Assembly: GCA_002189035.1 (NCBI GenBank)
Contig: NEEC01000017.1
Coordinates: 1,488,001-1,552,000 of the forward strand
Reading direction: 5' to 3'
DNA length: 64,000 bases
From: Utricularia gibba
Lineage: Eukaryota; Plantae; Magnoliophyta
Part shown: positions 1 to 12,897 of the stretch, piece by piece
How the letters are laid out: each line of letters starts with the position of its first letter
Numbering within the stretch: the stretch's first letter is position 1
Translations under genes and position numbers: made by a program
The notes under the pieces: model-generated
What the model was told of the DNA's origin: nothing
What the model saw: only the letters and a program-made list of their open reading frames with translations
The model's database searches: none

Positions 1-556
1 TTTAGAATCAGGGAATGATTTGAGGATTACTAAAGTCAATTTATTGCATAAAATTGACTATATATTTCAAATATGTATTTGATTCTTTTTTTTATTAAAA
101 TTGATTTTTGAGAATTACTTTACTTCTGTGAAAAAACATGAATATATGGCTTTTCATAGAGTTATTTTTTAAGAATTGATTTTGAGAAATAAATTTAGTA
201 TTATACCCATTTGATAAATATTGATATTACATAATATGCTTTATTTAAATAAATTTACAAAATATTACTATAAATAAATAAATATATATATATATATTCT
301 TATTTTTTTCATTTCAAACATTAATGAATTTTATAATAATAATTTTTAAAAAACAATTCCAAACATATAGTGATTTTTATAAAAAAAAAATCTCCGTAAC
401 AAGGACAAAGATGTCATTTAAACTCAATTGCTATCCTTAATCGCAAATGACTATTTTGACCTTTTCTGTTTTCCTTGAGTTTTTGTTCAGGAAGACTGGT
501 GGTCGAGCACACGGCACGAACTCCGGACCCGCTTCTGGTTGTACGCAACTTGCCCC

Positions 557-3544
557 ATGGCCACCGCCGTTCTACCGGTTTGTTGTTACGCCGGCGGCGC
601 AGTTTCCGTTCGGCGGAAGGGAAACCATCGCACGCGTGCAGTTCTCGTTCAGGCGACACCGCGTCCCGCATCCGAACCCGAAAGCGGCGATGATAAAGTC
701 AGCGCACTGCGAGTCAGGGAATCCGTATCCACCGCGACGCTGCCGTTCAGAGAGCGGGTGGAGGATATGCAGGCCGAAGCTAAGGCGATGGCACGCGCTA
801 GAGATGCTTCTGTGTACTCCCCAGAGCTTCTGTATACCAAGTACACGGCTCAGCCGTTGAGAGTCGTCCGCCGAGCGTTGGAAATTTTTTTTGGGCTGGG
901 TTCTTTCGCATTCTTTCTTTGGCTTGATCAAGTGAAGGCCGAGGTTGATCAGAATCAAAGGCTTAGGGCAATTCAGCTCAGGGAAACTTTCACTAGATTG
1001 GGACCGACTTTTGTCAAGATTGGACAGGGGTTGTCTACCAGACCGGATTTATGCCCCCCACTTTACCTCGAGGAGCTTTCTCAGTTGCAGGTGCCACAAT
1101 TTAAAAAAAAAAAAGAAGAAGAATTACTTATGAAGCAGAGTTATGTAGGCTGTTCATTTTGCATCTGCATAAAAAATCACCCAATTATGATATGTAGTTG
1201 CATCTGTTCATGGTGGTCTTTTGTACTTTAGCTATCTAATGTACGTTCACTCATTCTGGATATTAAACTGACTTTCTTTGTTTCGTTGCTTTTAGGATGC
1301 TTTACCAACATTTCCAGATGCGGAAGCATTTGCATGCATTGAGAGGGAGCTGGGGTATCCGATTGAGTCTATTTTTTCATCTATATCTTCTTCTCCAATT
1401 GCTGCTGCTAGCTTAGGCCAAGTTTACAAAGCTCAGTTAAAGTACTCTGGGAAGTTTGTTGCCGTAAAGGTGCAAAGACCTGCCATCGAAGATGCTATTG
1501 GTGTGGACTTCTATCTTATGAGAGGTCTTGGATTTCTCATCAATAAATATGTTGACATCATTACAACCGATGTTGTTTCACTCATTGATGAATTTGCACG
1601 AAGAGTGTTTCAGGAGCTTAATTATGTACAAGTAAGTAAAATCATGTCTATTATTTTGTGCATGCAGTGGTTCAAATTGCTGTTTTGAGAACCTGTTGAA
1701 TAGGTTTCATGAACTAAAAAAGCCTGTGGTTGTGAATGATAATGTTGTTAGGCTTGTGCAGGAGGGACAGAATGCTAGGAGGTTTAAAAAATTGTATGCA
1801 GACAAAGAAGATGTAATCGTTCCAGATATTTTCTGGGACTATACAAGCGGAAAGGTGCTGACTATGGAGTGGATTGAAGGAACTAAGTTAAATGAGCAAG
1901 AGGCCATTGAGAGGCAAGGGCTCAAAGTTCTGGATTTGGTGACCATTGGCATACAATGCAGTCTCAGACAGCTTCTGGAGTACGGATATTTTCATGCAGA
2001 CCCTCATCCTGGGAATCTGTTAGCAACGCCTGATGGGAAACTTGCTTTCATTGATTTTGGAATGATGAGTGAGACTCCAGAACAAGCAAGATCTGCCATA
2101 ATTGGTCATGTTGTACATATGGTTAATAAGGACTATGAAGCCATGGCTCGTGATTATTATTCGCTGGATTTTTTATCACCTGATGTAGATGTGTCTCCCA
2201 TTGTACCTGCTCTGAGGGGCTTTTTTGATGATGCGCTGAATTCAACAGTGAAGGAGCTTAATTTCAAAACAATTGTGGATGCCCTGGGTGCTGTTCTTTA
2301 CCAGTATCCATTTAACGGTGAGATTGCATAAATATGTTGCATGAAATTTTAATGTGATTGAATGTGAGAGGAATGTGTTACCACAATATTCTGCCAATGT
2401 GTTTTGTTGGAACCGGCATTCCTTTGATTACGTGATTTCGTAAACAGCATATGTCAATAGTGGAAAAGTTTCGAATGCCCCCACCTTAGTACACAAGTAA
2501 TTCTGGATCTTCATCTGGCTTACTGCATGCCTAATATTCCCTTCATTATCAATGCAGTTCCTCCATACTATGCTTTGATTCTAAGGTCCCTCACTGTGCT
2601 AGAAGGTTTAGCTCTTTATGCTGATCCTGAATTTAAAGTCCTAGCTGCTTCCTACCCTTATTTCGCCAAGAGGCTTCTCACTGATCCAAATCCATATCTC
2701 AGAGACGCGCTTATTGAGCTACTGTTCAAGGATGGAAGATTCAGGCACGTACTTTATGTTCAGTTTTTTTCTTAATTGCACTCTTATTGGTCTGAATTGC
2801 AGCCTGTTTATTTATTTTTTTATTCTTTTCCTGCAGGTGGAATAGGCTTGAAAATTTGCTTGTACAGGGAAAGAAAGATCGAGATTTCAATGCAAAAGAT
2901 GCATTGCAACCCGTTCTTAAACAGTTGCTGGATCCTGATAGTGAAAGTCTTAGAGTTCTAGTAATCAAAGAAGTTGTCACGACTGCTGAAGCAGTCATTC
3001 TCTCCTCATTGGTTGATTCATATGACTTCATTCCTGGTCCATTCCGAGCTGTATTTTTCGGTTCCATTAAAGCCAATCCCTTGGCACTGAACAGCGCTGA
3101 GCAGGAAAGCATGCTGCAGCTCAGGGATCAAGTATTTCGAGTATGGGAACTTCTGAGATCATCTAATAACTTTGATCCAAGCATTTTGCTGCCTATCGTT
3201 CAGGTAATAACCGTATCTTGCTTATGTGCATCTCCTTCATCTATGGCTGTGTTTGAGCTTCATTTTGCTCTCCCGTTCCCCTAAATTTACCGTCGACTCA
3301 TCCTTTTTTCCATCTGCTGATACTGCTTGTTGTGCAGGTACTACAGCAGCCTGAAGCACAATTTCTAGGGGGTCGTGTGGTTGGCAGATTCACTCAACGC
3401 TTTGCTGCGCGCATTCTGCAGCAAGTTCTCCAATCCGCATCGCCCCATCATCGTCTCCGACGTAGTAATTCCTACTGTATTCCTTACATTTACAGTTGTA
3501 TGCTTGCTGCAGGAATGCAAGCCCATTATCACTATTCTCAATAA
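557..3544 (+). CDS. ABC1K3: Plastoglobule ABC1 atypical kinase, ABC1K3-like; 6 exons: 557-1090, 1296-1631, 1762-2317, 2558-2744, 2837-3203, 3338-3544 (true stop possibly 3465)
   Basis: Spliced ORF pieces carry ABC1 motifs: LGPTFVKIGQGLSTRPDL, AAASLGQVYKA, VAVKVQRP, YFHADPHPGNL, AFIDFGMM. Exon phases are consistent when joined. N-terminus is transit-peptide-like. Intron 4 has a GC donor. Confidence 0.95.
2745..2836 (+). other. GC-AG intron (ABC1K3 intron 4)
   Basis: TTCAG|GCACGT ... CTGCAG|GTGG restores the conserved DGRF-R-WNRLENL. The nearby GT donor gives an immediate stop. Confidence 0.85.
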
Positions 3545-3803
3545 AAGACTCATCTTGGAAAATAAGATGGCACCATTTACAGTTAGCTTCGACTTTCACG
3601 TTCATTTTACACATGGAGAAGGTAGTCGAAAGAATTTGGATCCACCATCCTTATCGAAGCCTTTTCCTTGAAACGAGAGGTAAGTATTTGGATCCCTTAG
3701 GCATAGTAAATAAGTGCATGGTGAATTTGGAAAGCATATGAAGATGAAACTGAGGTTAAAGATTCTAACCAATTGGTAGTCACTAAAGCCAGTTCACTGT
3801 AAC

Positions 3804-6182
3804 TCATTTGACAGTTTTGTTGAGACCTTTAGCAGCAGCATACGCCTTAACAAACTCTTCTTTCACCATGAAAAGAACAGATGCGGCAAAAACGCTCTGC
3901 ACTATTTTCGTGTTCATCCCTTTGTAGAAGCTACCTACTCCTTCGTAACGAATCATTTTCACGATTGCATCCACAGTACCTGTCAACCAATGGTTTGTTG
4001 TGGAAATAAATTTGGAGTTTGAAAAGCACACGATCAAAACGAAGCATTGGAAGTTGAAAAGACGATCAGCTAGGGGTTGGACCAACCTGAGTATCTCAAG
4101 GATGAATTCCCACCAATCTCCTGTCTTGCCTGAAGCCTTGACTGCAAGAAATCCAGCAAACATCACAAGGAATGCAAGCTAGGCATCTAACAAAACATGA
4201 CTCAAAACCCAAAATAAGCTGCCATTATCTTGCCAATCGGATGTATGAGTCGGATGACAGATGAATAAATTGCAAGTGCATATGGGAAACGCTACATCAA
4301 CAGCATGAATGTGTACCAGCTTACCTTAACAACCAACAGAGGGTATGTGCAAACAGTAGCCCCAAGTTTTGCAACAGCGCCAATTAAAAAAACCTATTCC
4401 CAAAACCGGAAGATCAGTTCGTTTTTTGAGAAAAAGAAGCTGTGACATCAATATTGAAGCCAATTCATATAATTATAGCTCCAAAATAACACAAAGGAGT
4501 AAGCTTCGATTCCTACCTCCAAAGCAGTAACATTGCCAGAGCCTTGTCTCTTGGCAGAACGTCTATTCCTCAGTTTCTTTAGCAAACTCTCATAAATCAT
4601 GAACTGAATGGATGGGTTGCATACCTTGAATGGCAGACGGAAATAAACAATTTAATGCTATGGGATTTTGTCCAGTCAGTAAGCAAGCCTGAAGATATAA
4701 GCCTACCATTATGAGTGTCGGAATTATTCCTTTCCAGAACCCAGACATTCCAGATTCTTGATAAACCTCGCATGCCTACTAAGCATCTCCAAAGAGGCAA
4801 AAATGAAAAAAGAATAGAGAATCTGGTCATATGGACTGATGAATAAAAATAATATTCACCGCTTGCAGTGTCCCATAAGGACGAGACTTTGTCAAATCAA
4901 ATGTAGCCAATTGATCCGCCAGAGATGTATTCCGTGATGCCTCAAGCAACAGAGCTTCCTTTTTCCTTTCAATAATCTTCTTTTCTGCTTGAGTGTGAGT
5001 CTAAAAAAAGAAGAGGAATCTTACGGGGAATTGAAAGCTAGAAAAAACGGAACCCAACTATTACAACAGCATAAAATTACTAATACCTCAGTGAGAAGAA
5101 AAATACTCCATTTTTCCTCCTAATAATTCATCTTTTGCATGAAACTTTAAAATATAACATTTTTTCTTGGCATTATAAATAGAATGCTACCTGCATACGA
5201 GTCACAAGTACCCATATAGGATTTGTGAGCAAAACGTTGACCGACCTGCAAGCAACAAAGAGAATTGCACCAAGCCTTAATCAAAATAATATGCATGGTT
5301 TTGTTACAAATCATTGAGAAAAAAATGCCAAAAAAGGTGATTTTGAAGTCAAAATAAAAAGAAAGTAGACAATACCCAGCAAGTGCGGCAACTATGAGCC
5401 AAGAAAGCATGCCTGGAGAACCATCCCCGTGTCCTTTTTTCTTATTTGCAACTGCTATCGCCTCAGCCTTGTTTTTGAAAACTTGATAAAAGAAGTAATA
5501 TATTCCCTGGGAGCTTCATATAGAAAGTATTAAATAAAACGAAGAGTGGCAATGAAATATATCCAACAAATTATATCCGAGTTTGCAGAAAAATTAAAAT
5601 GAAAGCAGAAAATGCCACCTGAGAGGCGGCTGTACCAATCAAAGACGGCTTGAGACCACTGTAAAGTCCTCCCAAACCTTCGTTTCTAATGACCTGCCGA
5701 TTGAAGTCACTAATATCTTTCAGTTTCGCTATCAAACTGAATTTGCAAATAGAATTTACGAGAACCTGCAACATGCGATCAAGGGTGCCGCCAACATTGC
5801 CCGTGGAACCAATTACACTACTGCCCTTGAGAACTCTTTCTGTTTGGTGACGTGTGTTCACCTGCAGAAAACAATGGGATTGCTCAGGAAAACATCAACC
5901 CAAAAACTCCCAACTCACAATATAATCCAAGGAAGCATCTAAAATCAAACAAAGGTCTTCTTCTCCCATAAACCTCTCTTAATACATAACCGTAATTTGA
6001 ATGAAAATAACCATCCAAAATCCAGAAACGCCATTCGCATAGAACAATGAGGTATCTTAAAGAAACCGATAACAGACAGCTCCAAAAATCGATTCCAGTA
6101 CCGTCTGAAGAGGATACGTGATGATCTGTGCTATTATGCCGCCGGCGGCTCCGGCAACCCCGCTGACGGCGGCATTCGACAT
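3804..6182 (-). CDS. PXN: Peroxisomal NAD+/CoA carrier (mitochondrial carrier family, PXN/PMP38-like), 11 exons
   Basis: Start MSNAAVSGVAGAAGGIIAQIITYPLQT (6182-6102). Later exons give VNTRHQTER, LYSGLKPSLIGTAASQGIYYFFYQ, TNPIWVLVTRMQ, GFWKGIIPTLIMVCNPSIQF, YPLLVVKSRLQ, FYKGMNTKIVQSV. All introns checked as GT-AG and in phase. Confidence 0.95.
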
Positions 6183-6634
6183 ATTAAGATGCAGCTGCTA
6201 CGGTCTAGAGACCGTCGCGTTAACGATGTCCCTCGGGTCGCCTTTGGGGGGTGCGACGGGAGCGGGCGCAATGCAGTACATTTACGGGCCCGGTTCGGGT
6301 ATCTCAGCCGAGACACCGTTAACCGGATCTCTTAATTTCATTTTTATAAATAAAAACAAATATAGAATAATTTAATAATTAATGAAAAATTTCAAGAAAG
6401 GGAATATTTCCATCAAATACTCTAATGTTTTAATATAATAAATCTGATACATAATTAAATCATATTAAAAAAAGATTTTCCTTTTTTTTAATATTCAATA
6501 TTTTATAATAAATATAATTTAAAATTAATGAATATCCGAATAATTAACATTAAAAATTTCTTTATTCACAGCAACAATGAAAAACTCAGTGCAGTTGGCG
6601 AGCGCACCGAGCAATCGCTGCTGATAAACAGTGT

Positions 6635-8291
6635 TCACCTTTGCGGAGGGCCGACCGACCGGATATTTGCAACGGCCAAGCCCTCCGTTCTATCCTTTGT
6701 TACCTCCACAAAATGGCCCACCATTTCATGGAATTGTTTGAGGCCTGATAGAGGGAGGATGATGGAGGAACGATCCGAACCAGTGACCTGAATCTTTCCA
6801 CAGTTTATTTTGAAGCATGAACAGGTAACACATACTGATCGATAGAAAACAAGACTAGCTGATATGCAAACCTCGGATATTCTCAAGAAATGGCCTCTGT
6901 TGTTGCTACCCAGATCAAAGAAAAACTTCTTTTGATCAACTCTGAGAACGTTAGACACGCTTAAGTTCTGCATTCCATCTGATGGTGGAAGATCAGAAGG
7001 TTCATTTGATGTGGGAGGTTGACAGTCGTGGCTAGAAATGAAACCAGCCCCAACGTCATCTGAGAGCCCAACGTGATGTTCTTGGACCTCTGGGTTCTGC
7101 CATCGGTGTAACATTCATTTGCGTTTTAGGTTGGTTCAACGTGAGAACAGTAATTTAAAAATTTACCTTATTGGGAGGGATGAAGATTGGTGGTGTATCA
7201 GTTATTTCTTTCAAAATGCTGCTAAAGGCTGCCCATCCTTCATCCTGGGAACTTCCTGCAGGAACTATGATAGTGCTGCGATTTCGGCTAACAGAAACTT
7301 CAGATATCTGCAAGGATGACTCTATAAGCAACAAAACAGCTTTAATGCAATTACATAACAAAAAGAAAGAGGGGAAGCTACAGAGCAAGTGTATTCTGCA
7401 GGAATGGAAGGGCACCGTTTGACACGGTAAAGTTGGAGAAGAGACAAGATAGATGAAGATACTAACTTCAGTGATCCATAACACTAGAGAGGAAGCAGGT
7501 TACAAAATGATTTTTATTACTCTCCGGACCTGCAATATTCTTCATTGCTAAAACATGCAGCAAACACAAATTGCTATTAGTTATCCAAGACTCCAACTTT
7601 TATATCAAAGTCATCCAGGACCAACACAAATCAATCACCTACAATAGCATTTGAATTTTCGAAAGTGCATGGCTTCATGTACACCTATTGCTATTAGTTA
7701 TCGGCTACTGAAGAAAGACTAACTACATGTTTTAACTTAGACGGAATTCTTCACTTGCAGGAACTCTGCATCAATTTGTCAGGAGTTTGCTGGATGGAAT
7801 TTTCTGAAGCACGAACAGATATAAAAGCTCCCATATAGAAACTGGCCAAATGTGACTCGGTGCACGCAAGAATAAGGCAATGCAAGCAACTAACCTTGAG
7901 AAAACGTCCTCTCCTGTTTTCACCGGCATCAAAATAAAATACCTGAGCAGACAAACGAAGGTAAATCATACACACTTAGAAGAGACCAAAATAAAATGCT
8001 GAATTGAGCATGCCTTTGAGTCAAGCTGAAGTTCTTTGCTCAAGACATCTTGCTCATTGGAGCTGACGTAGTAATTGAAGAGATCGAGAAACCACGATAT
8101 GCCACTGGAAGGTACAATAATGGTGGAGCGAGTAGCTGAAGTCTTCTCAGAGATCTTAAGATAACGACCTCGGGGATTCTCCTTAAGGTCGAAATAGAAT
8201 ACTTTGTGCTCCATCTGCAACGTTTTGCTCAGCAGCTCTATGTCACTCCCACCGCCACCCCGCCGCCGAGCCCCAAAGAATTACCCTCCAT
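6635..8291 (-). CDS. PURA1: Transcription factor PUR-alpha 1, 5 exons; apparent 1-nt deletion near 8258-8261
   Basis: Three PUR repeats: HKVFYFDLKENPRGRYLKISE, VFYFDAGENRRGRFLKISE, KKFFFDLGSNNRGHFLRISE. The conserved MEGNS start at 8291 is out of frame with the rest by one base. Intron 1 is GC-AG. Confidence 0.93.
7943..8013 (-). other. GC-AG intron (PURA1 intron 1, 71 nt)
   Basis: AAG|GCATGC ... CTCAG|GTA restores LQLDSK-VFYFD. Confidence 0.85.
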
Positions 8292-8568
8292 ATCTATACC
8301 CAATATCTCCAAGAAAAAAACCCGATTAATTACATATGATTCATGGGACGTCAGAGAAACGATGGAAATTCAAGGGTTTCTCTCCAGATTCAGTGATTGT
8401 TCCGAGGGTTTGAAAGGGATTCCGAATGCGCGCGTCATTTGGGTGGCAGTACCGCCATTGAATTCTGGGCTTCCTCCGAAGGTCAACTTCAGCATTTTGC
8501 TTAGATGCCCCCCGATTTACATATAACATGTTTTCGCCCCTTTAAATTAATAAATTAGTAAAACGATC

Positions 8569-8588
8569 GGCCCAATAACTATTGGGCC
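8569..8588. promoter_or_regulatory. Inverted pair of site II elements in the PURA1 / membrane-protein divergent promoter
   Basis: GGCCCAAT-AACT-ATTGGGCC, a perfect 8-bp inverted repeat at the centre of the roughly 500-bp head-to-head interval. Confidence 0.55.
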
Positions 8589-8792
8589 TTAAAGTCCAAG
8601 AACGGGGCAACAACAGACTCCAGTTTCTTGTTCTCGATTGCAAAATTCATAACTGATCGCTGCTCTCCACAAATGCGAGCGCACGCCGGAGGGCAGTTTG
8701 CGGTTTCTGAAACTGAATTTCTTTGCATTTCATCTCCTCATTTTGAATCTTGGCTTCAGGTTTGACATTTTTGTTTCTGGACGCGTCTTAAG

Positions 8793-10330
8793 ATGAGCTG
8801 TTGTGGTGGATTCGGATATCCGTTGCCGGTGATTCATGCTTGGTTTCAAGAATATGAGAGTCTTTTGCAGCTCTCCGTGCGCCTGATATATGCTCAGGTT
8901 GCCTGCTCTTTGATTGGATCGCTTGGGCCTCTATATAATGGTGTATTGCTTGTAAATTTGGCGAATTCTTTGTTTGCTCTTGTCGCCATTGAGAGCAGCA
9001 GCGAAAAGCTAGCTAGGACATATGCACTTCTCCTTTTCTGCTCTATTCTCCTCGACATTTCTTGGTTTGTTCTTTTCTCGCGAGATATTTGGTAGGTGTT
9101 TTGGCTTTTGACATATATTCTACTTGTTTCTGCGTTAACTGAAGTTTGCTTCTATATCATTGTTGCTATTTTTATAAAATATATGAATTCAATTAATCCC
9201 TGATTCTTGGTTCTAAATCTAGGCAGTAATATTTTCTGGTTCTTGATTCTTGGTTCTAAATGTTGTTGATAGCTTCTCTCATGATTGATAGTACCTTTGT
9301 AGGTGTTCATATATTGGTGTTTATTTGTATTGATTCGAGTTTTCATGATGTAATGTGTATCTTATGTAATTCACTTTATATGTGGTGAATGAAATCCGGC
9401 AAACTACTGCTACGTGTAAATATTCTTTTATTCCTTTTACCTTTACCGATTTCTGTACGCTGTCTCAGGGTTTTTCCAAATGAATTGTATGGATCCTTTG
9501 TCAGCTACTTAGTAAAGCTGACCCTCACTATGCAAATTATTGGATTTTTGCTGAGGTTTTCATCGTCTTTCCTATGGATACAAATGTATAGGCTTGGTGC
9601 TGCTCGCATTCATACCACAGACACCATAGATGCAAATTTTGATTTGAGGAATAGTTTTCTGAATCCGGGAACTTCTATTATTTCTGAGAACCGGTCTCAT
9701 TCTAATGATGATATAGTTGGTGGCTCAAATTACTATGCAGCACATTATTCGCCTCCTTCTGGAGATGGTATGACTGGCTCTTATATGCGTTTGGTATGAT
9801 CCTTCATTTGAACTTGACAATTCTACACATCCTAAATCAATACCATCCTCCATTCAATTTCCATGTGATTGTGTAGTAAAAAATCGATGGGAAGAGAGGT
9901 TGTGGCATCATATACTATGTAAATATTGGTAAAAGGTTTTTGACAGAAATGATATTTAGATTACTTCTTAATCTTGTGGATTACCCTATTTGCAGTGTTT
10001 CCAAAATGCTCATCAGAAATGATACATTAGCGGACTGCTGATGGTTTTATCCTCTTAAATTTTTATGTGGATGCACTGTACTACTGAAACTTGCATAGTT
10101 TTGCGCTCTCTCTCAGATGCTTGCGAACTCTTAGTACCTTTAGATTCATGTTTGTTTAACCGTTACATATTTTTTGTAGGCCAATGAAAATCATAATTCT
10201 TCAGCAGCAAATTCTCCTGCTGCAGCCGAGAAGACTCCAATGAGTTCACACACTGACATATATCTTCAGATTAAAGATGTACGTTACTACCTCATTCTGT
10301 ACAGTCCAGTTTGGATGCCTCAATGTTGAC
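8793..10330 (+). CDS. Uncharacterised multi-pass membrane protein (plant-conserved, At1g55535/At3g13420-like as recalled)
   Basis: Exon 1 8793-9091 (QVACSLIGSLGPLYNGVLLVNLANSLFALVAIESSS..LLDISWF) and exon 2 9469-9793 (VKLTLTMQIIGFLLRFSSSFLWIQMYRLG..DLRNSFLNP). Probable exon from 10180. The 3' end is uncertain. Confidence 0.75.
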
Positions 10331-11420
10331 TAAATTTCTTGGTAGTTGCAGAGTTTGCTCCCCCGTTGCACCTAGGGATGACTCGTAGGTCGATGAATTT
10401 GAAACTATTCCTGACTTCAAGGATATGGACAGCTTATGTTTCCGTTATGTGTGGCATCGTTTTTCTGCATCGACGATTTCCGCATCGACGATATCTTCAT
10501 CGCCAGCTGATACCTGACTTCTTACGAGTGGCAAGAGTTTTGCACAGCATTGCATTCTTTTTTTTTTTTTTGATGAGGGAGTTTGTGAGTGATGTGTAGT
10601 CCTTTAGGCTTGTGTACCACTGCCATCTTCCTTATGAAGGAGACGGCGATGATGCTGCTCACAGGAACTGGAGCAAATAGTAGATGCCCATTTGTGCACA
10701 TTGAATTCAAATCCAATATGGTGGCATTCTTCAGTTCGAAAAGGTAAACTTTTTGGGACCAAGATAACGAAAAGGGCTCAAATTTCTTCATAGGCCAAAT
10801 GCGGTTGAAATTAAGTTAAGCATTTTGGAGTTTTTTTGATGACTTTTATGGTAAGTGTAGGGACTGGTTTGGGATTTCATACGTTCCTACGTGGATGGGC
10901 GTGGGCGTGGAACGTCGTTTGGGGATGTTGTTGTTGGTGTGGGTTATAAAAATGGCAACCCCATCCGTAACGCGCATTTGATACCACACCACCTGTTTCG
11001 AGGGCATCCCCTGAAATCTGGATGGGCACCTGAGATAACCAAGAACACCATCAAAAGAAGAGGGAATCTTCTTCCCCGGTAAGCCTTGTGGGTTGGAAGG
11101 ATGTGTGGTGAATTGGCACATGCTTCTTGGTTCTTGGCTAGTAGGTGAAAAATATGGGTGATTTTCGGTGGGTTTGCTTCCTATTTGCAGATCCATACGC
11201 CGATCTTGTTCCCGCATATCAATTTTAGGCATCGGGATAGTTTTTCTTTATATTTTCTGCCAACTGGGTTCTTTTTTCCTTGGGCGATTATGTTTTGATT
11301 GAGTTGTAAGACTTGTATTTGTCAGCTGAAGTAGCCGATTGGGGGTTGGCTTTTTTGGATAAACGGTTTTGCTCTTGGCAGGGTAAAGATTGCAACCAAA
11401 AGCTGACCTGGGGAGAGATC

Positions 11421-12521
11421 ATGGAGGATACATATTGGTGCTACACGTGTTCGCAGACAGTTAATCCAGTTAGGGAGATTGATACAATAAAGTGCCCCAT
11501 ATGTGAAGGTGGTTTCGTAGAAGAGATGGAAACTGCTCTAGGGAATGACATACATCTCGATGTTCAGCTTGGAGGATCGGAGTCTGATCACGCTCTCTCC
11601 CTCTGGGCTCCAATCCTGCTTGGTATGGTGGGTAATGCAAGATCCGGTAGCCGCAGTAGGCGGATGGAGAGTGACAACAATGAACGGCAAGATGGGAGCG
11701 AGGCGGAGCTGGGTCGTGAACTGGAATTGATATTTCGTAGGAGAAGGAGCTCAGGTGCGATTCTGCATCTGCTTCAAGGAATCCGAGCTGGGGCGCAGTC
11801 AGAGTCAGGGAGCTTGGAGATGGATCCAAGCATCAGGGAGGATGTAAATGAGGGGGAAAGAGGAAGAGACCACATGATTTTGATAAATCCTTTCAACGAG
11901 GCGGCGGTCATCGTCGGTCCATATGGCCGCAGTGATGAATCTCAAAACCATGCAGGCAACAGCTCTCTGGGCGATTATTTCTTAGGCCCCAGGTTAGACT
12001 TGCTGCTGCAGCATTTGTTAGAGAATGACCCAAACCGCTACGGAACTCCGCCAGCGGAAAAGAAGGCAGTGCAGGCTTTACCTATTGTGGAAGCTGAGGA
12101 AGCAATGCAGTGTCCCATTTGTTTGGATGAGTGCGAGAAAGGGTCTGAAGTCAAAGAGATGCCTTGTAAGCACAAGTTCCATGGCAGCTGCATCTTATCC
12201 TGGCTGGAGCTTCATAGCTCTTGCCCCGTCTGTAGGTTTCAGTTACCTTGTGATGAGTCTAAACTCGAGCCACTGGATCTGACAAATAGTAACACTGGAG
12301 GCAGCACCAACCAAGAGACTAATCATGTTTCTGGTGACACCACTGACAACACTAGCCAGTTCCAGCTCCAGTTTCCATGGCCAGGTACCTTTTTTCCATC
12401 CCCTCGTGCTCCCAGGAGTCATGGAAATTCGTCCACAAATGCGACTCCTGGAAATTCGTCTGCTGCACCACGGGAGGGGGAAACTGAGTTTTCAGAAGAT
12501 GGAAGCCTCTCTGATCTGTAA
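11421..12521 (+). CDS. RING-H2 E3 ubiquitin ligase with N-terminal zinc ribbon (SIRP1/RING1-like), single coding exon
   Basis: N-terminal YWCYTC...KCPICEGGFVEEM zinc ribbon and GDYFLGP..LLQHL motif. C3H2C3 RING: CPICLDE..MPCKHKFHGSCILSWLELHSSCPVC. The first ATG of the listed ORF frame is at 11421. Confidence 0.92.
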   Translation: MEDTYWCYTCSQTVNPVREIDTIKCPICEGGFVEEMETALGNDIHLDVQLGGSESDHALSLWAPILLGMVGNARSGSRSRRMESDNNERQDGSEAELGRELELIFRRRRSSGAILHLLQGIRAGAQSESGSLEMDPSIREDVNEGERGRDHMILINPFNEAAVIVGPYGRSDESQNHAGNSSLGDYFLGPRLDLLLQHLLENDPNRYGTPPAEKKAVQALPIVEAEEAMQCPICLDECEKGSEVKEMPCKHKFHGSCILSWLELHSSCPVCRFQLPCDESKLEPLDLTNSNTGGSTNQETNHVSGDTTDNTSQFQLQFPWPGTFFPSPRAPRSHGNSSTNATPGNSSAAPREGETEFSEDGSLSDL

Positions 12522-12897
12522 ATAATGCACCTCGGATACATTTTTACCCTTTGTAACATTATGTGAAGCTAGTTTCTCTTCCGGCTGTATCATTGCAACA
12601 AGTTGCCATGCAAAAATTATGCCGAAATAAGATGTCATTTTCTGAGTATTCCATACCTTGTACATGTAAAGTGCTCAAGTGATCAAATCCCTCGGATATT
12701 AGATGATATACATTTGGCTTTGGAGAAGAGAGAGGACAGTTGTGTGAACATCAGTTTGGAAAGAAACAAGAAGAGCAATAACTAGCCTGTGTTTCCTGTT
12801 TTCACCTTGGCTTTTTGATTTGAAAGAAATTGCCGAAAGTGAAGAGCCTCATTCACTGATACTAATTAAACACAAAACTTTCGACCAGTTTTCTCTT

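Noticed and set aside
9201-9260. 18-bp direct repeat (tgattcttggttctaaat) in an intron
   Set aside because: A simple local slippage duplication with no further structure.
10446-10510. Minus-strand peptide DEDIVDAEIVDAEK resembling a DnaK C-terminal tail
   Set aside because: It arises from an 11-bp direct repeat (gcatcgacgat x2). There is no upstream Hsp70 sequence, so it is probably coincidence.
10846-11232. 128-aa minus-strand ORF upstream of the RING gene
   Set aside because: No family similarity. The + strand is T/G-rich like a 5'UTR intron ending near 11381, so this is probably an antisense shadow.
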